Positions 36,720 through 39,312 of a DNA stretch of 39,312 nucleotides are shown here, piece after piece (position 1 is the stretch's first letter; every line of letters starts with the position of its first letter). The notes under the pieces were generated by a model that was given only the letters and a program-made list of their open reading frames with translations, did no database searches and was not told the origin of the DNA. This DNA comes from Octopus bimaculoides. Lineage: Eukaryota. Location: assembly GCF_001194135.2 (NCBI RefSeq), contig NC_068985.1:115782577-115821888 (forward strand). Reading direction: 5' to 3'. The position numbers and the translations under genes are program-made.

Positions 36720-37165
36720 ACTTGGTGCATTCATTGGACCACGGCCATGCTACAACATCGCATTGTTGGGTTTTCATCGAAAATTGACCCCAGCAGACGT
36801 ATCATTTTTTAAAATGTAAATCTCCTTCTAACGCTCTTATGTGCCGACGCTAAAAGATCGACACCAATAGTGAAGTTGTGAGGAGATAGACACACACACA
36901 CACACATACACACATGCACACACGCAAACCCTTTCATGCACACCCATATACACACATACACACACGCGCATCTATATATGTATATATATATGTATATACG
37001 TCCATATACACACAGACAGAGATGACAGGCTTCTACACAGTTTCACCCATATTTCCTTACAGGGCACTGGACATCTCGGGGTCATAGTAGAAGACAATTA
37101 CACTAAGTGCTCTGCAGTGGGACTGAACCTTGAACTATATGGTTGTAAAACTGCTTCGCCTGCAC
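36720..37165 (-). mobile_element. Degenerate SINE A pieces (tail about 36720-36800, head about 37022-37165)
   Basis: CACGGCCATGCT...ATTGACCCCAG, and ATAGTAGAAGACA...GCAGTGGGACTGAACC. Confidence 0.6.
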
Positions 37166-37299
37166 CTACATACACACATACATACATACAAAAATACCGT
37201 GTTACTGGTATTGAAATTCCAATGAAGGCACTTTCAATCTAGGTTACAACCCGGCTCTTTATCTATTGGCAAGTAAGCTTGATATAAAACTGGACAATG

Positions 37300-37331
<32 letters not shown>

Positions 37332-38303
37332 ATGTATGCATATGCACATATACATACATGCATATACATACATATATACACACATATACATATATAATAT
37401 ATATTTGTATAGTAGATATTTATATACATTATATATATGCGGTGCTCCAGCATGACCGCATATATATNNNNNNNNNNNNNNNNNNNNNNNNNNNNNNNNN
37501 NNNNNNNNNNNNNNNNNNNNNTATATATATATATATATCATACGAAATTATTCTACAGTATCCGTCTATCCTGTCCACTGATAAGGCTTTAATCTGCTCG
37601 GGCTCGAATAGAAAGCACATGCCCAGACTGAACCGAAGTGTACGTGGATACGATTCATGCTACCATGCAGCCATCTATTATGATAATAATATAAAAATAA
37701 ATTAAATAGGAAAAAAAGAAAGATTGGATAAAGATGAAATAAAAATATATAATAATATGCCTATATACTGGAATGATATATGAGAAAATCTATTAAAATA
37801 CAAAATTGATACATAATCTGAAATTAATGAAAATATGTTGTCTCGAAGAAACCTCGTTTAACGATTTATCTTACGATTTTGTAGCAAGCATTTTAATTTT
37901 ATGGCAGCAAAATGAGATCTTGGAATTCCTACTTTATGACACACTTTTTAGAAAAATAAAACTGCAAATATTTTAAAAGTTATGATAATTTTTGCATAAT
38001 TAATGATATAGCATATCTTAACAAAAATTAAATTTTTTTGTACCTTCAGAATTTCAAATGCAATTATATTAGTTTTTATTCTTTCGTGTAACTGAACTTC
38101 TGAAGGTAAATAACTTAAAGTTTAACCCGTGCAATAAGATCTTAGAGGTGAGGTATTCGTATTATATATCATTGAATCTTTTTTAACAAATTTTCTGTTT
38201 AAAAGAGCTATGATATTGATGCAGAAATCCTGTTACCTGCTGGATGGAATAGTTGATGCTATGAATAACATTAAATAGCAAGTAACTTTGCAATTACACT
38301 TTT

Positions 38304-38318
38304 GTTACCATGGGTAAC
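38304..38318. promoter_or_regulatory. Candidate RFX X-box
   Basis: GTTACC-ATG-GGTAAC is an exact match to GTNRCC(N0-3)RGYAAC, in non-repetitive sequence. Motif match only. Confidence 0.3.
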
Positions 38319-38887
38319 AGACATCGCGGCATGTAGTGAATAATGGAATCCTAGACACACTCAATGAGAGAGTTAAGAGAAGTGAAAAATATCATGTCGA
38401 CAGAAGATAATAAGGATGAGGAAGATGAACAGCTTTAAACGGCTGATTCTATTGTTGTCGGTGCTCGTAATTTCTATAAATATTACTACGACCGAAAAAG
38501 AAAACAACATATACCTATTCTTAATTAACTTTTTACTCTTTCAGACCAAGAAGCGGTTGGTATGATCTAAGAAATAAATAGAAACCTCACAGCATATGCT
38601 GCTTTCTGCTTTCCAAAATAATTTTCTCAAGTTATCACCCCACAAACTTTCACTTTAGAAGTTAGACTGGCTTTATAAATTCTTATTTTGGACTGTGGGC
38701 AATTTGCATCCGTATGAAACATAAACACGACACGCAAATAGCCATGAACACTAGAGCAAACACTACAATGCTGAAACATACACAACATTTAGGGAACATA
38801 TATTTAAATTGAATCTTATGTTTATCAAGCTTTTTCTCACATGTCTCTGTGAGTGCGTATGCGCGTATATACGTACGTATGTATATG

Positions 38888-38972
38888 CTCTTTACTCTTT
38901 TACTTTTTTACTTCTTTCAGTCATTTGACTGTGGCCATGTTGGAGCACCACCTTTAGTCGAGCAAATCGACT
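38888..38972 (-). mobile_element. SINE A 3' tail fragment
   Basis: TTTCAGTCATTTGACTGTGGCCATGTTGGAGCACCACCTTTAGTCGAGCAAATCGAC. Confidence 0.8.
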
Positions 38973-39252
38973 ATCCCCATAAACTACATTAATATTCCTC
39001 GCACATTCCGTTGCGATGGTGCCATTTTTGAACTCATAAAGCAAACTATGCCGAATATGCATCTTTGTCACTTCCATTATAGCTTTGAAAAGATAACTGT
39101 TAAGATCGAACTGCACCCTTCAAAACTTGCACTAAGAATAAGTGCAAGGTAAAATTACTACCTGCTTTTATGGCAAGTTGATGCAAGTAGTTTATCTCGA
39201 CTTTGAGTTAATGCAATTGAGAAAACCGCATTATGTATGGGATGACCCAATA
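38973..39252 (-). mobile_element. Mariner 5' end: TIR, leader and transposase N-terminus
   Basis: TA + TTGGGTCATCCCATACATAATGCGGTTTTC at 39252-39221. ATG at 39077 gives MEVTKMHIRHSLLYEFKNGTIATECARNINVVYGD, typical of the mariner N-terminal HTH (HIRH..LYEF..G..A....RNI..VYG). Confidence 0.85.
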
Positions 39253-39312
39253 TATCATATTTCATATAAATATATATATATATATATTTATAAATATATA
39301 TATATATATATA

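Noticed and set aside
2531-37705. Long ORFs made of X runs or of HT/YI/CV/poly-L/poly-T repeats
   Set aside because: They span N gaps or translate microsatellites.
38041-38108. 11-bp inverted repeat TACCTTCAGAA/TTCTGAAGGTA that also looks like an acceptor and donor pair
   Set aside because: All three frames of the implied exon contain stops, and the repeat is too short to support an element.

Overview
AT-rich eukaryotic scaffold window with many N gaps and dense microsatellites. Its tRNA-derived SINE families look like those of octopus; this is recognition from memory, and the species cannot be fixed from the sequence. No host protein-coding gene can be called with confidence. Nearly all ORFs in the track are artefacts of microsatellites or N runs. 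The real coding signal is transposon-derived: five fragments of an L1/Tx1-like LINE group, one RTE-like fragment and three mariner remnants. Two SINE families (called A and B here) recur throughout. Main observation: a Tx1-like LINE appears to insert at one fixed position in the tRNA-like head of SINE B. LINE copy 1 has an exact 14-bp flanking duplication (possibly about 45 bp), LINE copy 2 follows in tandem, and a SINE-B copy whose 3' tail matches the LINE 3' end joins another SINE B at the same head position. Other notable structures are a minimal hammerhead-ribozyme-like motif at about 4.0 kb, a 242-bp foldback at 31.3-31.5 kb, a 69-bp minisatellite with internal inverted repeats and dimeric higher-order structure, and an RFX X-box with speculative minus-strand exons.
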